A stretch of 32,000 nucleotides of DNA, from the NCBI RefSeq assembly GCF_000021865.1, contig NC_014034.1, forward strand, positions 330,001-362,000, in the 5' to 3' direction. The stretch's first letter is position 1. Each line of letters begins with the position of its first letter. Below the pieces are notes generated by a model that was not told the origin of the DNA, did not search any database, and saw only the letters and a program-made list of their open reading frames with translations. Made by a program: the position numbers and the translations under genes. Below, one piece after another: positions 1-15,599 of this stretch. The stretch comes from Rhodobacter capsulatus SB 1003. GTDB taxonomy: Bacteria > Pseudomonadota > Alphaproteobacteria > Rhodobacterales > Rhodobacteraceae.

Positions 1-804
<804 letters not shown>

Positions 805-854
805 GCGCGAAAGCGCTCACCACCCCCCTCTGACCTCACGCAAGGAAAGATCTG

Positions 855-5093
<4,239 letters not shown>

Positions 5094-5112
5094 TCGCCTG
5101 ATCCGAACAAAG

Positions 5113-5147
5113 CCCCCGCGCAGTCCGCTGCGCGGGGGTTTTCTTTT
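5113..5147 (+). terminator. Rho-independent terminator downstream of rpoC
   Basis: Perfect 11-bp stem CCCCCGCGCAG (5113-5123) / CTGCGCGGGGG (5128-5138) with loop TCCG, followed by TTTTCTTTT. Confidence 0.85.
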
Positions 5148-5206
5148 GCCTTGACCCCTGCGGACGAAGCGGAAATCCTGCCCCCGTCAGAACGGGAGCC
5201 AGTGTC

Positions 5207-6031
5207 TTGTCGGAAGATTTTCGCAACCAGATCGTCGGGTTGATCCGCTTTTCCTTTGTCACCACCGGCGATTTCTACCCCGGCTTCGACAGTGTCGAGG
5301 ACATGAAGGCCTTCCTGTTCGACGAAGCCCGGCTGGAACGCCGGTTCCGCCTGTTCGAGGGGATCTGCCTGCCCACGCTGAAGGCGCAGACCGACCCGGA
5401 CTTCACTTGCATCTTTCTGGTGGCGCGGGATTTTCCGAAGCCATGGCGCAGGCGGCTCGACAAGCTGCTTGAGGGGCTGCCCTTCGTGCAGATCGTCGAA
5501 AAGCCGCCGATGAATCATTATCAGGGCATCCGCGAGGCCTTTGCCGAAGTGCCGAGCGCGGGGTTCACCCACCGCACCAGCTTCCGGCTGGATGACGACG
5601 ATGCGGTGAACCTGACTTTCATCGCCACGCTGCGGGGCCTGGCGGCCAAGGTTCATGCGATTCCCGACAAGGACGAGCCGATCGGCATTTCCTTCAATCG
5701 CGGGCTTTATCTGACCTATTCGAAAAAGGGCACAAGCTATCAGCGCGCGGTCGAACGCACGCCCTTGTCGATCGGCACGGCGCTGCTGGCGCCGGTGAGT
5801 TTCGCGGGCAACATCTATGCCTACAACCACCGCGCCCTGGGGCAGGTGCACAATACCTGGATGGATCAGCAGGATATCGTCTATCTGCGGACGCTGCACC
5901 GGGACAACAAGTCGAATCCGCATTTCTCCGGCAGCATGGAGCCGGTCGAGCCGAAACGGGCGGCGGTGCTGCTGCGCCAGAAATTCGGCTTCGATTTTGA
6001 CACGATCGAGAAGCTGATGGCGGGCACCTGA
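5207..6031 (+). CDS. Glycosyltransferase-like protein with a DXD motif, resembling the 'putative rhamnosyl transferase' family
   Basis: 274-aa ORF with a TTG start 8 nt after the SD GGGAG (5194-5198). It has an N-terminal GLIRFSF strand motif and an RLDDDDA acidic motif. The family assignment is from memory of the PF11316-type pattern and was not searched. Confidence 0.55.
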   Translation: MSEDFRNQIVGLIRFSFVTTGDFYPGFDSVEDMKAFLFDEARLERRFRLFEGICLPTLKAQTDPDFTCIFLVARDFPKPWRRRLDKLLEGLPFVQIVEKPPMNHYQGIREAFAEVPSAGFTHRTSFRLDDDDAVNLTFIATLRGLAAKVHAIPDKDEPIGISFNRGLYLTYSKKGTSYQRAVERTPLSIGTALLAPVSFAGNIYAYNHRALGQVHNTWMDQQDIVYLRTLHRDNKSNPHFSGSMEPVEPKRAAVLLRQKFGFDFDTIEKLMAGT

Positions 6032-6064
6032 GGCGGTCATCGGAGACGGGGCAGGGCTCCGCGG

Positions 6065-6093
6065 TTGACAAGGCGGGCGCAACCCCCTATAGC
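6065..6093 (+). promoter_or_regulatory. Candidate sigma70-type promoter of the str operon (TTGACA-N17-TATAGC)
   Basis: TTGACA at 6065-6070, a 17-nt spacer, and TATAGC at 6088-6093. The same architecture recurs upstream of rpsJ and rpsM. Confidence 0.5.
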
Positions 6094-6182
6094 CCCGCCA
6101 TCCTGCGGACAGACCTGCCCGCCGGTGTTCGATCTTCAGTGGTGATGGTCCGGGTCCCATAGCCCGCTCCTCTGGATATCGC

Positions 6183-6217
6183 CCGTTCGGCAGCCTTCGG
6201 GTGGCCCGGACGGTTTT
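6183..6217 (+). promoter_or_regulatory. Hairpin plus T-tract in the rpsL leader (possible attenuator)
   Basis: CCGTTCGG (6183-6190) pairs with CCGGACGG (6206-6213), one G-U pair, and is followed by TTTT (6214-6217). It lies between the candidate promoter and the rpsL ATG. Confidence 0.3.
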
Positions 6218-6301
6218 GGCGTTTCGCGATGGGCGCGGAATGTCGTCGAGAAGTGGCGCACCCGCAGGGGTGCGAGTATTGACAGCAGAACGGGGAACCG
6301 A

Positions 6302-6673
6302 ATGCCGACGATCCAGCAGCTGATCCGCAAGCCGCGGCAGCCCAAGGTGCAGCGCAGCAAGTCGCAGCACCTTCAGTCGTGCCCGCAAAAGCGGGGCGTG
6401 TGCACGCGCGTGTACACCACGACGCCGAAGAAACCGAACTCCGCTATGCGTAAGGTGGCCAAGGTCCGCCTGACGAATGGCTTCGAGGTCATCTCCTACA
6501 TCCCGGGCGAAAAGCACAACCTGCAAGAGCACTCCGTCGTGCTCATCCGCGGCGGCCGGGTGAAAGACCTTCCGGGTGTCCGTTACCACATCCTGCGCGG
6601 TGTGCTGGATACCCAAGGCGTCAAAGACCGTCGCCAGCGTCGTTCGAAATACGGCGCCAAGCGTCCGAAATAA
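6302..6673 (+). CDS. rpsL: 30S ribosomal protein S12
   Basis: [13 protein letters not shown]... 123 aa, with the canonical S12 sequence and position. Confidence 0.98.
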   Translation: MPTIQQLIRKPRQPKVQRSKSQHLQSCPQKRGVCTRVYTTTPKKPNSAMRKVAKVRLTNGFEVISYIPGEKHNLQEHSVVLIRGGRVKDLPGVRYHILRGVLDTQGVKDRRQRRSKYGAKRPK

Positions 6674-7156
<483 letters not shown>

Positions 7157-7165
7157 GGGGTCATC

Positions 7166-9292
7166 ATGGCACGCGAATATCCGCTTGAGCGGTACCGCAA
7201 CTTCGGGATCATTGCCCACATCGACGCGGGCAAGACCACGACGTCGGAACGCATCCTTTACTACACCGGCAAGTCGCACAAGATCGGCGAGGTCCATGAC
7301 GGGGCCGCGACGATGGACTGGATGGAACAGGAACAGGAACGCGGGATCACCATCACCTCGGCGGCGACCACCACGTTCTGGAACCGCCAGATCGATCCCT
7401 CGGCCGGCGTGGGCGACAAGTCGACGAAGTTCCGCTTCAACATCATCGACACCCCCGGCCACGTCGACTTCACCATCGAAGTCGAACGTTCGCTCGCGGT
7501 GCTTGACGGCGCGGTGGTTCTGCTCGACGGCAACGCCGGCGTGGAACCGCAGACCGAAACCGTGTGGCGTCAGGCTGACCGCTACAAGGTTCCACGGATC
7601 GTGTTCGTCAACAAGATGGACAAGACCGGCGCCGATTTCTTCAACTGCGTCCGCATGATCAAGGACCGGACTGGCGCCAATGCCATGCCGATCGTCCTGC
7701 CGATCGGGTCGGAAGACAAGCTTGAAGGCATCATCGATCTCGTGACCATGGAAGAATGGGTCTACGAGGGCGAAGACCTTGGCGCCTCGTGGAAACGCCA
7801 GCCGATCCGTGCGGAACTGAAGGACGAAGCCGAAGAATGGCGTCTGAACCTTCTGGAAACCGCCGTCGGTCAGGACGATGACGCGATGGAAGCCTATCTC
7901 GAGGGCAACGAGCCCGACGAGGAAACGCTGCGCAAGCTGATCCGCAAGGGCACGCTGGCCATCGACTTCATCCCGGTTCTGGCCGGGTCGTCGTTCAAGA
8001 ACAAGGGCGTGCAGCCGCTTCTGAACGCCGTGGTCGACTATCTGCCCTCGCCCCTCGACGTGCCGCCCTACATGGGCTTCGCGCCGGGCGACGAGACCGA
8101 GACGCGCAACATCGCCCGTTCGGCCGATGACGAGCAGCCCTTCTCGGGTCTGGCGTTCAAGATCATGAACGACCCCTTCGTGGGCTCGCTGACCTTCACC
8201 CGGATCTATTCGGGCAAGCTGGCCAAGGGCGATGCGATGATGAACGCGACCAAGCAGCGCCGCGAGCGCGTTGGCCGCATGATGATGATGCATGCCATCG
8301 AACGCGAGGAAATCACCGAAGCGTTCGCGGGCGACATCATCGCGCTTGGCGGTCTGAAAGAGACCACCACCGGGGACACGCTCTGCGATCCCTCGGCGCC
8401 GGTCGTTCTGGAAACCATGACCTTCCCGGTCCCGGTGATCGAGATCGCGGTGGAACCGAAGACCAAGGCCGACCAGGAAAAGATGGGCATCGCGCTGGCC
8501 CGTCTGGCGGCCGAGGACCCGTCCTTCCGCGTCGAAACCGATGTCGAATCGGGGCAGACGATCATGAAGGGCATGGGCGAACTTCACCTCGACATCCTCG
8601 TCGACCGCATGCGTCGCGAGTTCAAGGTCGAGGCGAACATCGGTGCGCCGCAGGTGGCTTACCGCGAAACGATCTCGCGCGAGCATGAAATCGACTACAC
8701 GCACAAGAAACAGACCGGGGGCACCGGCCAGTTCGCGCGCGTCAAGCTCGTCATCTCGCCGACCGAACCGGGCGAAGGCTATTCGTTCGAATCGAAGATC
8801 GTCGGTGGTGCGGTGCCGAAGGAATACATCCCCGGCGTCGAAAAAGGCATCAAGTCGGTGATGGACTCCGGTCCGCTCGCGGGCTTCCCGGTGATCGACT
8901 TCAAGGTGGCGCTGATCGACGGTGCCTTCCACGACGTCGACTCCTCGGTGCTGGCCTTCGAAATCGCCTCGCGTGCCGCCATGCGCGAAGGCCTGAAAAA
9001 GGCCGGCGCGAAGCTGCTCGAGCCGATCATGAAAGTCGAAGTGGTGACCCCGGAGGAATATACCGGCGGCGTCATCGGCGACCTGACCTCGCGTCGGGGC
9101 ATGATCAACGGCCAGGACAGCCGCGGCAACGCGAACGTGATCAACGCGATGGTCCCGCTGGCGAACATGTTCGGCTACATCAACACGCTGCGCTCGATGT
9201 CCTCGGGCCGCGCCGTGTTCTCGATGGAGTTCGACCATTACGACACCGTGCCGGACAACATCTCGGCCGAGATCCAGAAGAAACACGCCTGA
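7166..9292 (+). CDS. fusA: Translation elongation factor G
   Basis: 708 aa with GTPase motifs [14 protein letters not shown] and NKMD, in str operon order. Confidence 0.98.
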   Translation: MAREYPLERYRNFGIIAHIDAGKTTTSERILYYTGKSHKIGEVHDGAATMDWMEQEQERGITITSAATTTFWNRQIDPSAGVGDKSTKFRFNIIDTPGHVDFTIEVERSLAVLDGAVVLLDGNAGVEPQTETVWRQADRYKVPRIVFVNKMDKTGADFFNCVRMIKDRTGANAMPIVLPIGSEDKLEGIIDLVTMEEWVYEGEDLGASWKRQPIRAELKDEAEEWRLNLLETAVGQDDDAMEAYLEGNEPDEETLRKLIRKGTLAIDFIPVLAGSSFKNKGVQPLLNAVVDYLPSPLDVPPYMGFAPGDETETRNIARSADDEQPFSGLAFKIMNDPFVGSLTFTRIYSGKLAKGDAMMNATKQRRERVGRMMMMHAIEREEITEAFAGDIIALGGLKETTTGDTLCDPSAPVVLETMTFPVPVIEIAVEPKTKADQEKMGIALARLAAEDPSFRVETDVESGQTIMKGMGELHLDILVDRMRREFKVEANIGAPQVAYRETISREHEIDYTHKKQTGGTGQFARVKLVISPTEPGEGYSFESKIVGGAVPKEYIPGVEKGIKSVMDSGPLAGFPVIDFKVALIDGAFHDVDSSVLAFEIASRAAMREGLKKAGAKLLEPIMKVEVVTPEEYTGGVIGDLTSRRGMINGQDSRGNANVINAMVPLANMFGYINTLRSMSSGRAVFSMEFDHYDTVPDNISAEIQKKHA

Positions 9293-9355
9293 TGCGACCG
9301 GGCCCGGCCTGACCGGGCCCCTTCCCGCACAGGATCAACGAACCAGGAGGCCATT

Positions 9356-10531
9356 ATGGCAAAGGCAAAGTTTGAACGGAACAAGCCGCACGTGAACATC
9401 GGCACGATCGGCCACGTGGACCACGGCAAGACGACGCTGACGGCGGCGATCACGAAGTACTACGGCGAATTCCGCGCCTATGACCAGATCGACGGTGCGC
9501 CGGAAGAGCGCGCGCGCGGGATCACGATCTCGACGGCGCACGTGGAATACGAGACGCCGAACCGTCACTATGCGCACGTGGACTGCCCCGGCCACGCCGA
9601 CTATGTGAAGAACATGATCACCGGCGCGGCGCAGATGGACGGCGCGATTCTGGTTGTGGCGGCCTCGGACGGCCCGATGCCGCAAACGCGCGAGCACATC
9701 CTGCTCGGCCGTCAGGTGGGCATCCCCTACATGGTCGTCTACATGAACAAGGTTGACCTTGTGGACGACGAAGAGTTGCTCGAGCTCGTGGAAATGGAAG
9801 TCCGCGAACTGCTGTCGTCCTACGAATACCCCGGCGACGACATTCCGATCATCAAGGGCTCGGCCCACCAGGCGATGATCGGCGAGTCGAAGGAAATCGG
9901 CGAAGATTCGATCCACGCGCTGATGAAGGCCGTCGACGAATACATCCCGACCCCGGCGCGCGCGGTTGACCAGCCGTTCCTGATGCCGATCGAAGACGTG
10001 TTCTCGATCTCGGGCCGCGGCACCGTGGTGACCGGCCGTGTGGAACGCGGTGTGATCAACGTGGGCGACGAACTTGAAATCGTCGGCATCCGCGACACCA
10101 AGAAGTCGGTCTGCACCGGCGTCGAGATGTTCCGCAAGCTGCTCGACCGCGGCGAGGCGGGCGACAACATCGGCGCGCTGCTGCGCGGCATCGACCGTGA
10201 CGGCGTCGAGCGTGGTCAGGTCCTGTGCAAGCCGGGTTCGGTGAAGCCGCACACGAACTTCGAAGCCGAGGCCTACATCCTGACGAAGGAAGAAGGCGGC
10301 CGCCACACGCCGTTCTTTGCGAACTACCGTCCGCAATTCTACTTCCGCACGACGGACGTGACGGGCACGGTGAAGCTGCCGGAAGGCACGGAAATGGTGA
10401 TGCCGGGCGACAACCTGAAGTTCGAAGTCGAACTGATCGCACCGATCGCGATGGAAGAGAAACTGCGCTTCGCGATCCGCGAAGGCGGCCGCACCGTCGG
10501 CGCCGGCGTCGTGTCGAAGATCATCAAGTAA
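9356..10531 (+). CDS. tuf: Translation elongation factor Tu
   Basis: [32 protein letters not shown]... 391 aa, with DCPGH and NKVD motifs. Confidence 0.98.
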   Translation: MAKAKFERNKPHVNIGTIGHVDHGKTTLTAAITKYYGEFRAYDQIDGAPEERARGITISTAHVEYETPNRHYAHVDCPGHADYVKNMITGAAQMDGAILVVAASDGPMPQTREHILLGRQVGIPYMVVYMNKVDLVDDEELLELVEMEVRELLSSYEYPGDDIPIIKGSAHQAMIGESKEIGEDSIHALMKAVDEYIPTPARAVDQPFLMPIEDVFSISGRGTVVTGRVERGVINVGDELEIVGIRDTKKSVCTGVEMFRKLLDRGEAGDNIGALLRGIDRDGVERGQVLCKPGSVKPHTNFEAEAYILTKEEGGRHTPFFANYRPQFYFRTTDVTGTVKLPEGTEMVMPGDNLKFEVELIAPIAMEEKLRFAIREGGRTVGAGVVSKIIK

Positions 10532-10587
10532 GACCTGCCGGTCTTTTTGCACGAAAACCGAAGGAGCGCCGAAAGGCGCTCCTTTTG
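10530..10587 (+). terminator. Tandem intrinsic terminators downstream of tuf
   Basis: A weak hairpin AGACC-TGCC-GGTCT is followed by TTTT (10531-10548). A stronger one, AAGGAGCGCC-GAAA-GGCGCTCCTT, is followed by TT (10561-10586). Confidence 0.8.
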
Positions 10588-10590
10588 CAC

Positions 10591-10619
10591 TTGACAGACT
10601 CGGGGGGGTCCCGTAGGGC
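10591..10619 (+). promoter_or_regulatory. Candidate promoter of the S10 operon (TTGACA-N17-TAGGGC)
   Basis: TTGACA at 10591-10596, a 17-nt spacer, and TAGGGC at 10614-10619. It sits directly after the tuf terminator and about 100 nt upstream of rpsJ. Confidence 0.5.
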
Positions 10620-10715
10620 CACGGCCTGATCTGCCAAGATTACGGTTCGATGCAGGCGTCGCATGCGGCGGGGTCTGCCTCTCAACTTGAAAGCCCTGCG
10701 AAAAGGGAAGACTGC

Positions 10716-11024
10716 ATGTCTGGTCAAAACATTCGCATCCGGCTCAAGGCGTTCGATTACCGCGTGCTGGATGCCAGCACCCAGGAAATCGTGAACACCG
10801 CGAAGCGCACGGGTGCACAGGTCCGCGGGCCGATCCCGCTGCCCAACAAAATCGAGAAATTCACGGTTCTCCGTGGTCCGCACATCGACAAGAAGTCGCG
10901 CGACCAGTGGGAAATCCGCACGCACAAGCGTCTTCTCGACATCGTCGATCCGACCCCGCAAACCGTGGACGCGCTGATGAAGCTCGATCTCGCGGCTGGC
11001 GTGGACGTCGAGATCAAAGTCTGA
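10716..11024 (+). CDS. rpsJ: 30S ribosomal protein S10
   Basis: [19 protein letters not shown]... with the SD AAAAGGGAAG upstream of ATG 10716. The track ORF start at 10650 is a non-conserved upstream extension. Confidence 0.95.
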   Translation: MSGQNIRIRLKAFDYRVLDASTQEIVNTAKRTGAQVRGPIPLPNKIEKFTVLRGPHIDKKSRDQWEIRTHKRLLDIVDPTPQTVDALMKLDLAAGVDVEIKV

Positions 11025-11035
11025 GGAGCGGGCAC

Positions 11036-11752
11036 ATGCGTTCTGGTGTTATCGCCAAGAAGCTGGGCATGACCCGGCTGTTCCTCGAAGACGGCAAGCA
11101 GGTTCCGGTGACCGTGCTGCTGCTCGACAACCTTCAGGTCGTCGCGCAGCGCACCGTGGAAACCGACGGCTATACCGCGGTGCAACTGGGTGCGGGCGAG
11201 GCGAAAGCCAAGCGCACCACCGCCGCGATGCGCGGCCATTTCGCGAAAGCGAATGTGGCGCCGAAGCGCAAGCTGTGCGAATTCCGCGTGTCGCCCGAAA
11301 ACCTGATCGACGTCGGCGCCGAGATCTCGGCCGAGCATTACCTTGCCGGTCAGCATGTCGACATCGCCGGGACCTCGATCGGTAAAGGCTTTGCCGGTGC
11401 GATGAAGCGTCACAACTTCGGTGGTCTTCGGGCCTCGCACGGCGTGTCGGTCTCGCACCGCTCGCACGGCTCGACCGGCCAGTGCCAGGATCCGGGCAAG
11501 GTGTTCAAGGGCAAGAAGATGGCTGGCCATCTGGGTGCTGCCCGCGTCACCACGCAGAACCTGCAAGTCGTCCGCACCGACGCCGCCCGTGGCCTGATCA
11601 TGGTCAAAGGGTCGGTTCCGGGCGCCAAGGGCGGCTGGGTCACGATCAAGGACGCGGTGAAGAAAGCCGCTCCGGCCGGTCTGCCGCTGCCGGCCGCGCT
11701 GAAAACCGCTGCTCCGGCCGAAGAAGTCTCGGTCGAAGGGGGTGAAGCATGA
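11036..11752 (+). CDS. rplC: 50S ribosomal protein L3
   Basis: [16 protein letters not shown]... at ATG 11036, following the SD GAGGAG. The track start at 10907 overlaps rpsJ and is rejected. Confidence 0.95.
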   Translation: MRSGVIAKKLGMTRLFLEDGKQVPVTVLLLDNLQVVAQRTVETDGYTAVQLGAGEAKAKRTTAAMRGHFAKANVAPKRKLCEFRVSPENLIDVGAEISAEHYLAGQHVDIAGTSIGKGFAGAMKRHNFGGLRASHGVSVSHRSHGSTGQCQDPGKVFKGKKMAGHLGAARVTTQNLQVVRTDAARGLIMVKGSVPGAKGGWVTIKDAVKKAAPAGLPLPAALKTAAPAEEVSVEGGEA

Positions 11753-12369
11753 AACTCGATGTGATCAAGCTTGACGGCGGCACCGCCGGTTCGATCGAGC
11801 TCGACGAAGCGCTGTTCGGCCTCGAGCCGCGCGCCGACATCCTGCACCGCGTCGTGCGCTGGCAGCGGGCGAAGGCCCAGGCCGGCACCCACTCGGTTCT
11901 CGGCAAGTCGGACGTCAGCTACTCGACCAAGAAGATCTACCGCCAAAAAGGCACCGGTGGCGCGCGTCACGGGTCCAAGAAGGCGCCGATCTTCCGTCAC
12001 GGTGGCGTCTACAAGGGCCCGACCCCGCGGTCGCACGCCCATGACCTGACCAAGAAGTTCCGTGCCCTCGGCCTGCGCCATGCGCTCTCGGCCAAGGCGA
12101 AATCGGGCAGCCTCGTGGTGATCGAAGCGGCTGACATGGCCGAAGCGAAAACCGCCCTTCTGGCGAAAGCCGCGAAGGAACTGGGCTGGAAAAAGGTCCT
12201 GGTCATCGACGGCGCCTCGGTCAACGAGAACTTCGCTCTGGCGGCGCGCAACCTCGACGGCATCGACGTGCTGCCGACCATGGGCGCCAACGTCTATGAC
12301 ATCCTGAAGCGTGACACGCTGGTGATCACGAAAGCGGGTGTCGAAGCTCTGGAGGCTCGCCTGAAATGA
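11749..12369 (+). CDS. rplD: 50S ribosomal protein L4
   Basis: 206 aa, ATGA overlap with rplC, and the conserved [10 protein letters not shown] motif. Confidence 0.95.
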   Translation: MKLDVIKLDGGTAGSIELDEALFGLEPRADILHRVVRWQRAKAQAGTHSVLGKSDVSYSTKKIYRQKGTGGARHGSKKAPIFRHGGVYKGPTPRSHAHDLTKKFRALGLRHALSAKAKSGSLVVIEAADMAEAKTALLAKAAKELGWKKVLVIDGASVNENFALAARNLDGIDVLPTMGANVYDILKRDTLVITKAGVEALEARLK

Positions 12370-12662
12370 GCGCGAAACCCGAACATTACGACGTGATCGT
12401 GAAGCCCGTCATCACCGAGAAAGCCACCATGGCTTCCGAGGCTGGTGCGGTGGTCTTCCAGGTGACCAAGACGGCGACCAAACCCGCCATCAAGGAAGCC
12501 GTGGAAGCCCTCTTCGGCGTCAAGGTGAAGGCGGTCAACACCACCATCACCAAAGGCAAGACCAAGCGTTTCAAGGGCCGCCCCGGCGTGCGCTCGGACG
12601 TGAAGAAAGCCTATGTGACGCTCGAGGCCGGAAACACCATCGACGTCTCGACCGGCCTCTGA
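12366..12662 (+). CDS. rplW: 50S ribosomal protein L23
   Basis: 98 aa, ATGA overlap with rplD, S10 operon order. Confidence 0.95.
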   Translation: MSAKPEHYDVIVKPVITEKATMASEAGAVVFQVTKTATKPAIKEAVEALFGVKVKAVNTTITKGKTKRFKGRPGVRSDVKKAYVTLEAGNTIDVSTGL

Positions 12663-12682
12663 TAGAAGCCGCACGAATCTCT

Positions 12683-12734
12683 CGGGCCGGGGACTTCCCG
12701 GCCCGCAGAGTTTTGCTTTTCAGGCGACTGAAAA
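12683..12734 (+). promoter_or_regulatory. Two adjacent hairpins in the rplW-rplB spacer (attenuator-like)
   Basis: CGGGCCGGG (12683-12691) pairs with CCCGGCCCG (12697-12705), followed by cagagTTTTGCTTTT. A second stem, TTTTCAG (12717-12723) / CTGAAAA (12728-12734), overlaps that T-tract. Confidence 0.35.
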
Positions 12735-12805
12735 CGTGAGCGGGGAGCTACGGCGCCCCATACGAAACGGACCTGATAGGTCCAAAGCAACGGAAGACAG
12801 AGAGC

Positions 12806-13642
12806 ATGGCACTCAAGTCGTATAAGCCGACGACGCCTGGCCAGCGCGGGCTGGTTCTGATCGACCGTTCGGAGCTTTGGAAAGGTCGTCCCGTCAAAGC
12901 CCTCACCGAGGGTCTGACCAAGACGGGCGGCCGGAACAACACCGGACGCGTCACGATGTGGCACAAGGGTGGTGGCGCGAAGCGTCTCTACCGGATCGTC
13001 GACTTCAAACGTCGCAAATTCGACGTCGCCGCCACGGTCGAACGGATCGAATATGACCCGAACCGCACCGCCTTCATCGCGCTGATCAAATACAGCGACG
13101 GCGAACTGGCCTATATCCTCGCGCCGCAGCGCCTTGCCGTGGGTGACACCGTCATCGCCGGCCTGAAGCAGGACATCAAGCCGGGCAACGCGATGCCCTT
13201 CTCGGGCATGCCGATCGGCACGATCGTGCACAACGTCGAGCTGAAACCGGGCAAGGGCGGCCAGCTGGCCCGCGCTGCCGGGACCTACGCGCAATTCGTC
13301 GGCCGTGACGGCGGCTATGCGCAGATCCGCCTTTCGTCGGGCGAGCTGCGTCTCGTGCGTCAGGAATGCATGGCGACCATCGGTGCCGTGTCGAACGCCG
13401 ACCATTCGAACCAGAACCTCGGGAAAGCCGGGCGTCGTCGTCACATGGGCATCCGCCCGACCGTTCGCGGTGTGGCCATGAACCCGATCGATCACCCGCA
13501 TGGTGGTGGTGAAGGCCGGACCTCGGGTGGCCGGACCCCGGTGACGCCCTGGGGCAAGGACACCAAGGGCAAGAAGACCCGTTCGAACAAGAAGACGGAC
13601 AAGTACATTCTCCGTTCGCGTCACGCCAAGAAGGGTCGCTAA
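12806..13642 (+). CDS. rplB: 50S ribosomal protein L2
   Basis: 278 aa with the [21 protein letters not shown] motif. Confidence 0.97.
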   Translation: MALKSYKPTTPGQRGLVLIDRSELWKGRPVKALTEGLTKTGGRNNTGRVTMWHKGGGAKRLYRIVDFKRRKFDVAATVERIEYDPNRTAFIALIKYSDGELAYILAPQRLAVGDTVIAGLKQDIKPGNAMPFSGMPIGTIVHNVELKPGKGGQLARAAGTYAQFVGRDGGYAQIRLSSGELRLVRQECMATIGAVSNADHSNQNLGKAGRRRHMGIRPTVRGVAMNPIDHPHGGGEGRTSGGRTPVTPWGKDTKGKKTRSNKKTDKYILRSRHAKKGR

Positions 13643-13645
13643 CAC

Positions 13646-13924
13646 ATGGCACGTTCTCTCTGGAAAGGCCCCTTCGTCGATGCCTATCTGCTGAAGAAAG
13701 CGGAAAAGGCTCGGGCTTCGGGCAAAGGCGACGTCATCAAGATCTGGTCGCGTCGTTCCACCATCCTGCCGCAGTTCGTCGGCCTCACCTTTGGCGTCTA
13801 CAACGGCCAGAAACATATCCCGGTGAACGTCACCGAGGAAATGATCGGCCAGAAGTTCGGTGAATATTCGCCGACCCGGACCTACTACGGTCACGCCGCC
13901 GACAAGAAAGCGAAGAGGAAGTAA
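13646..13924 (+). CDS. rpsS: 30S ribosomal protein S19
   Basis: [12 protein letters not shown]... 92 aa. Confidence 0.97.
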   Translation: MARSLWKGPFVDAYLLKKAEKARASGKGDVIKIWSRRSTILPQFVGLTFGVYNGQKHIPVNVTEEMIGQKFGEYSPTRTYYGHAADKKAKRK

Positions 13925-13929
13925 TCGCC

Positions 13930-14310
13930 ATGGGTAAGGAACAAAATCCGCGCCGCGTGGCGGACAACGAAGCCTTCGCGAAAGCGAAGATGCTGCGCAC
14001 CTCGCCGCAGAAGCTGAACCTCGTCGCCGCGCTGATCCGTGGCAAGAAGGTCGAAAAGGCTCTGGCCGATCTGACTTTCTCGAAGAAACGGATCGCCGAG
14101 GACGTGCGCAAGTGCCTGCAATCGGCGATCGCGAACGCCGAAAACAACCACGGCCTTGACGTCGACAACCTGGTGGTTGCCGAAGCCTGGGTCGGCAAGA
14201 ACCTCGTGATGAAGCGTGGCCGTCCGCGGGCGCGTGGCCGGTTCGGCAAGATCATGAAGCCGTTTTCGGAAATCACCATCAAGGTGCGTCAGGTCGAGGA
14301 GCGCGCGTAA
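13930..14310 (+). CDS. rplV: 50S ribosomal protein L22
   Basis: 126 aa, in operon order between rpsS and rpsC. Confidence 0.95.
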   Translation: MGKEQNPRRVADNEAFAKAKMLRTSPQKLNLVAALIRGKKVEKALADLTFSKKRIAEDVRKCLQSAIANAENNHGLDVDNLVVAEAWVGKNLVMKRGRPRARGRFGKIMKPFSEITIKVRQVEERA

Positions 14311-15026
14311 TGGGTCAGAAGGTCAACCCCATCGGGATGCGTCTTCAGGTCAACCGTACCTGGGACAGCCGCTGGTTCGCCGAATCGAAAGACTACGGCA
14401 ACCTGCTTCTGGAAGACCTGCGCATGCGCGAGTTCATCCATGAAGAGGCGAAGCAAGCCGGCATCGCCCGCGTGATCATCGAGCGTCCGCACAAGAAGTG
14501 CCGCGTCACGATCCACGCTGCGCGTCCGGGTGTCATCATCGGCAAAAAAGGCGCCGATATCGAGACCCTGCGCAAGAAGCTGGCGAATTTCACCGCTTCG
14601 GAACTGCACCTGAACATCGTCGAAGTCCGCAAGCCGGAACTCGATTCGCAGCTGGTGGCCGAGTCGATCTGCCAACAGCTCGAGCGTCGGGTCTCGTTCC
14701 GCCGCGCGATGAAACGCGCCGTGCAGAACGCGATGCGCATGGGTGCCCTTGGCATCCGGGTCAACGTGTCGGGCCGCCTTGGTGGCGCCGAGATCGCCCG
14801 GACCGAATGGTACCGTGAAGGCCGCGTGCCGCTGCATACCCTGCGTGCCGACATCGACTACGCGCTGGACGAAGCCATGACCCCCTATGGGATCATCGGC
14901 GTCAAGGTCTGGATCTTCAAAGGCGAGATCATGGAACATGATCCGCAGGCCCGTGACCGCAAGGCCGCCGAAGCCCAAGACGGCCCGGCTCCGCGCGGTC
15001 CGCGTCGCGACCGCGACGCTCGCTGA
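14310..15026 (+). CDS. rpsC: 30S ribosomal protein S3
   Basis: [24 protein letters not shown]... 238 aa. Confidence 0.97.
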   Translation: MGQKVNPIGMRLQVNRTWDSRWFAESKDYGNLLLEDLRMREFIHEEAKQAGIARVIIERPHKKCRVTIHAARPGVIIGKKGADIETLRKKLANFTASELHLNIVEVRKPELDSQLVAESICQQLERRVSFRRAMKRAVQNAMRMGALGIRVNVSGRLGGAEIARTEWYREGRVPLHTLRADIDYALDEAMTPYGIIGVKVWIFKGEIMEHDPQARDRKAAEAQDGPAPRGPRRDRDAR

Positions 15027-15039
15027 GGAGTGACTTGAA

Positions 15040-15453
15040 ATGCTGCAACCGAAACGGACGAAATTCCGCAAACAGCACAAGGGCCGCATCCACGGCGAGG
15101 CCAAGGGCGGCTTCAACCTGAACTTCGGCTCCTTCGCCCTCAAGGCGACGGAACCGGAGCGTGTGACGGCGCGTCAGATCGAAGCGGCCCGCCGCGCGAT
15201 CACCCGCCACATGAAGCGTCAGGGCCGCGTCTGGATCCGCGTGTTCCCGGATGTGCCGGTGACCTCCAAACCCACCGAGGTTCGGATGGGTAAAGGCAAG
15301 GGCTCGGTCGATTTCTGGGCGTGCAAGGTGAAACCGGGCCGCATCATGTTCGAGATCGACGGCGTGCCGGATGCGATCGCCCGCGAGGCCCTGCGCCTCG
15401 GCGCGAACAAGCTGCCGGTGATGACCCGCATCGTGGCCCGCGAAGACTGGTAA
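15040..15453 (+). CDS. rplP: 50S ribosomal protein L16
   Basis: [19 protein letters not shown]... 137 aa. Confidence 0.97.
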   Translation: MLQPKRTKFRKQHKGRIHGEAKGGFNLNFGSFALKATEPERVTARQIEAARRAITRHMKRQGRVWIRVFPDVPVTSKPTEVRMGKGKGSVDFWACKVKPGRIMFEIDGVPDAIAREALRLGANKLPVMTRIVAREDW

Positions 15454-15477
15454 GTCTTTCAAGGTTCGAGATCGAAA

Positions 15478-15509
15478 CCCCCGCCCGAAACGGCGGGGGT
15501 TTTGCTTTG
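15478..15509 (+). terminator. Intrinsic terminator-like hairpin immediately after rplP, inside the S10 operon
   Basis: 8-bp GC stem CCCCCGCC (15478-15485) / GGCGGGGG (15492-15499), followed by TTTTGCTTTG. Confidence 0.7.
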
Positions 15510-15599
15510 CCGCTCGCCGTAATGTGACAGCCGGATGACAGAGCGGTCTTGCGGGAGCGGGGCGCTTGACGGATGCTGGGTCTCTGGCCTGGAGGGAAG

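Noticed and set aside
6279-6284. A second perfect TTGACA hexamer just upstream of rpsL.
   Set aside because: It lies only 17 nt from the rpsL ATG. A -10 element would fall on the start codon, where none is present. It is therefore unlikely to be a promoter.
10650-10715. Longer N-terminal extensions offered by the ORF track for rpsJ (10650), rplC (10907), rplX (17052), rplF (18924), rplR (19418), rpsE (19958), rplO (21664), adk (23518) and rpoA (25375).
   Set aside because: The extensions overlap the preceding gene or lack an SD. The conserved protein N-termini begin at internal ATGs that are each preceded by a good SD, so the internal starts were used.
15566-15571. TTGACG upstream of the kinase-like ORF, considered as its promoter.
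   Set aside because: No acceptable -10 element lies at 16-18 nt spacing (CTGGAG or TGGAGG), and the site is only ~30 nt from the preferred start codon.
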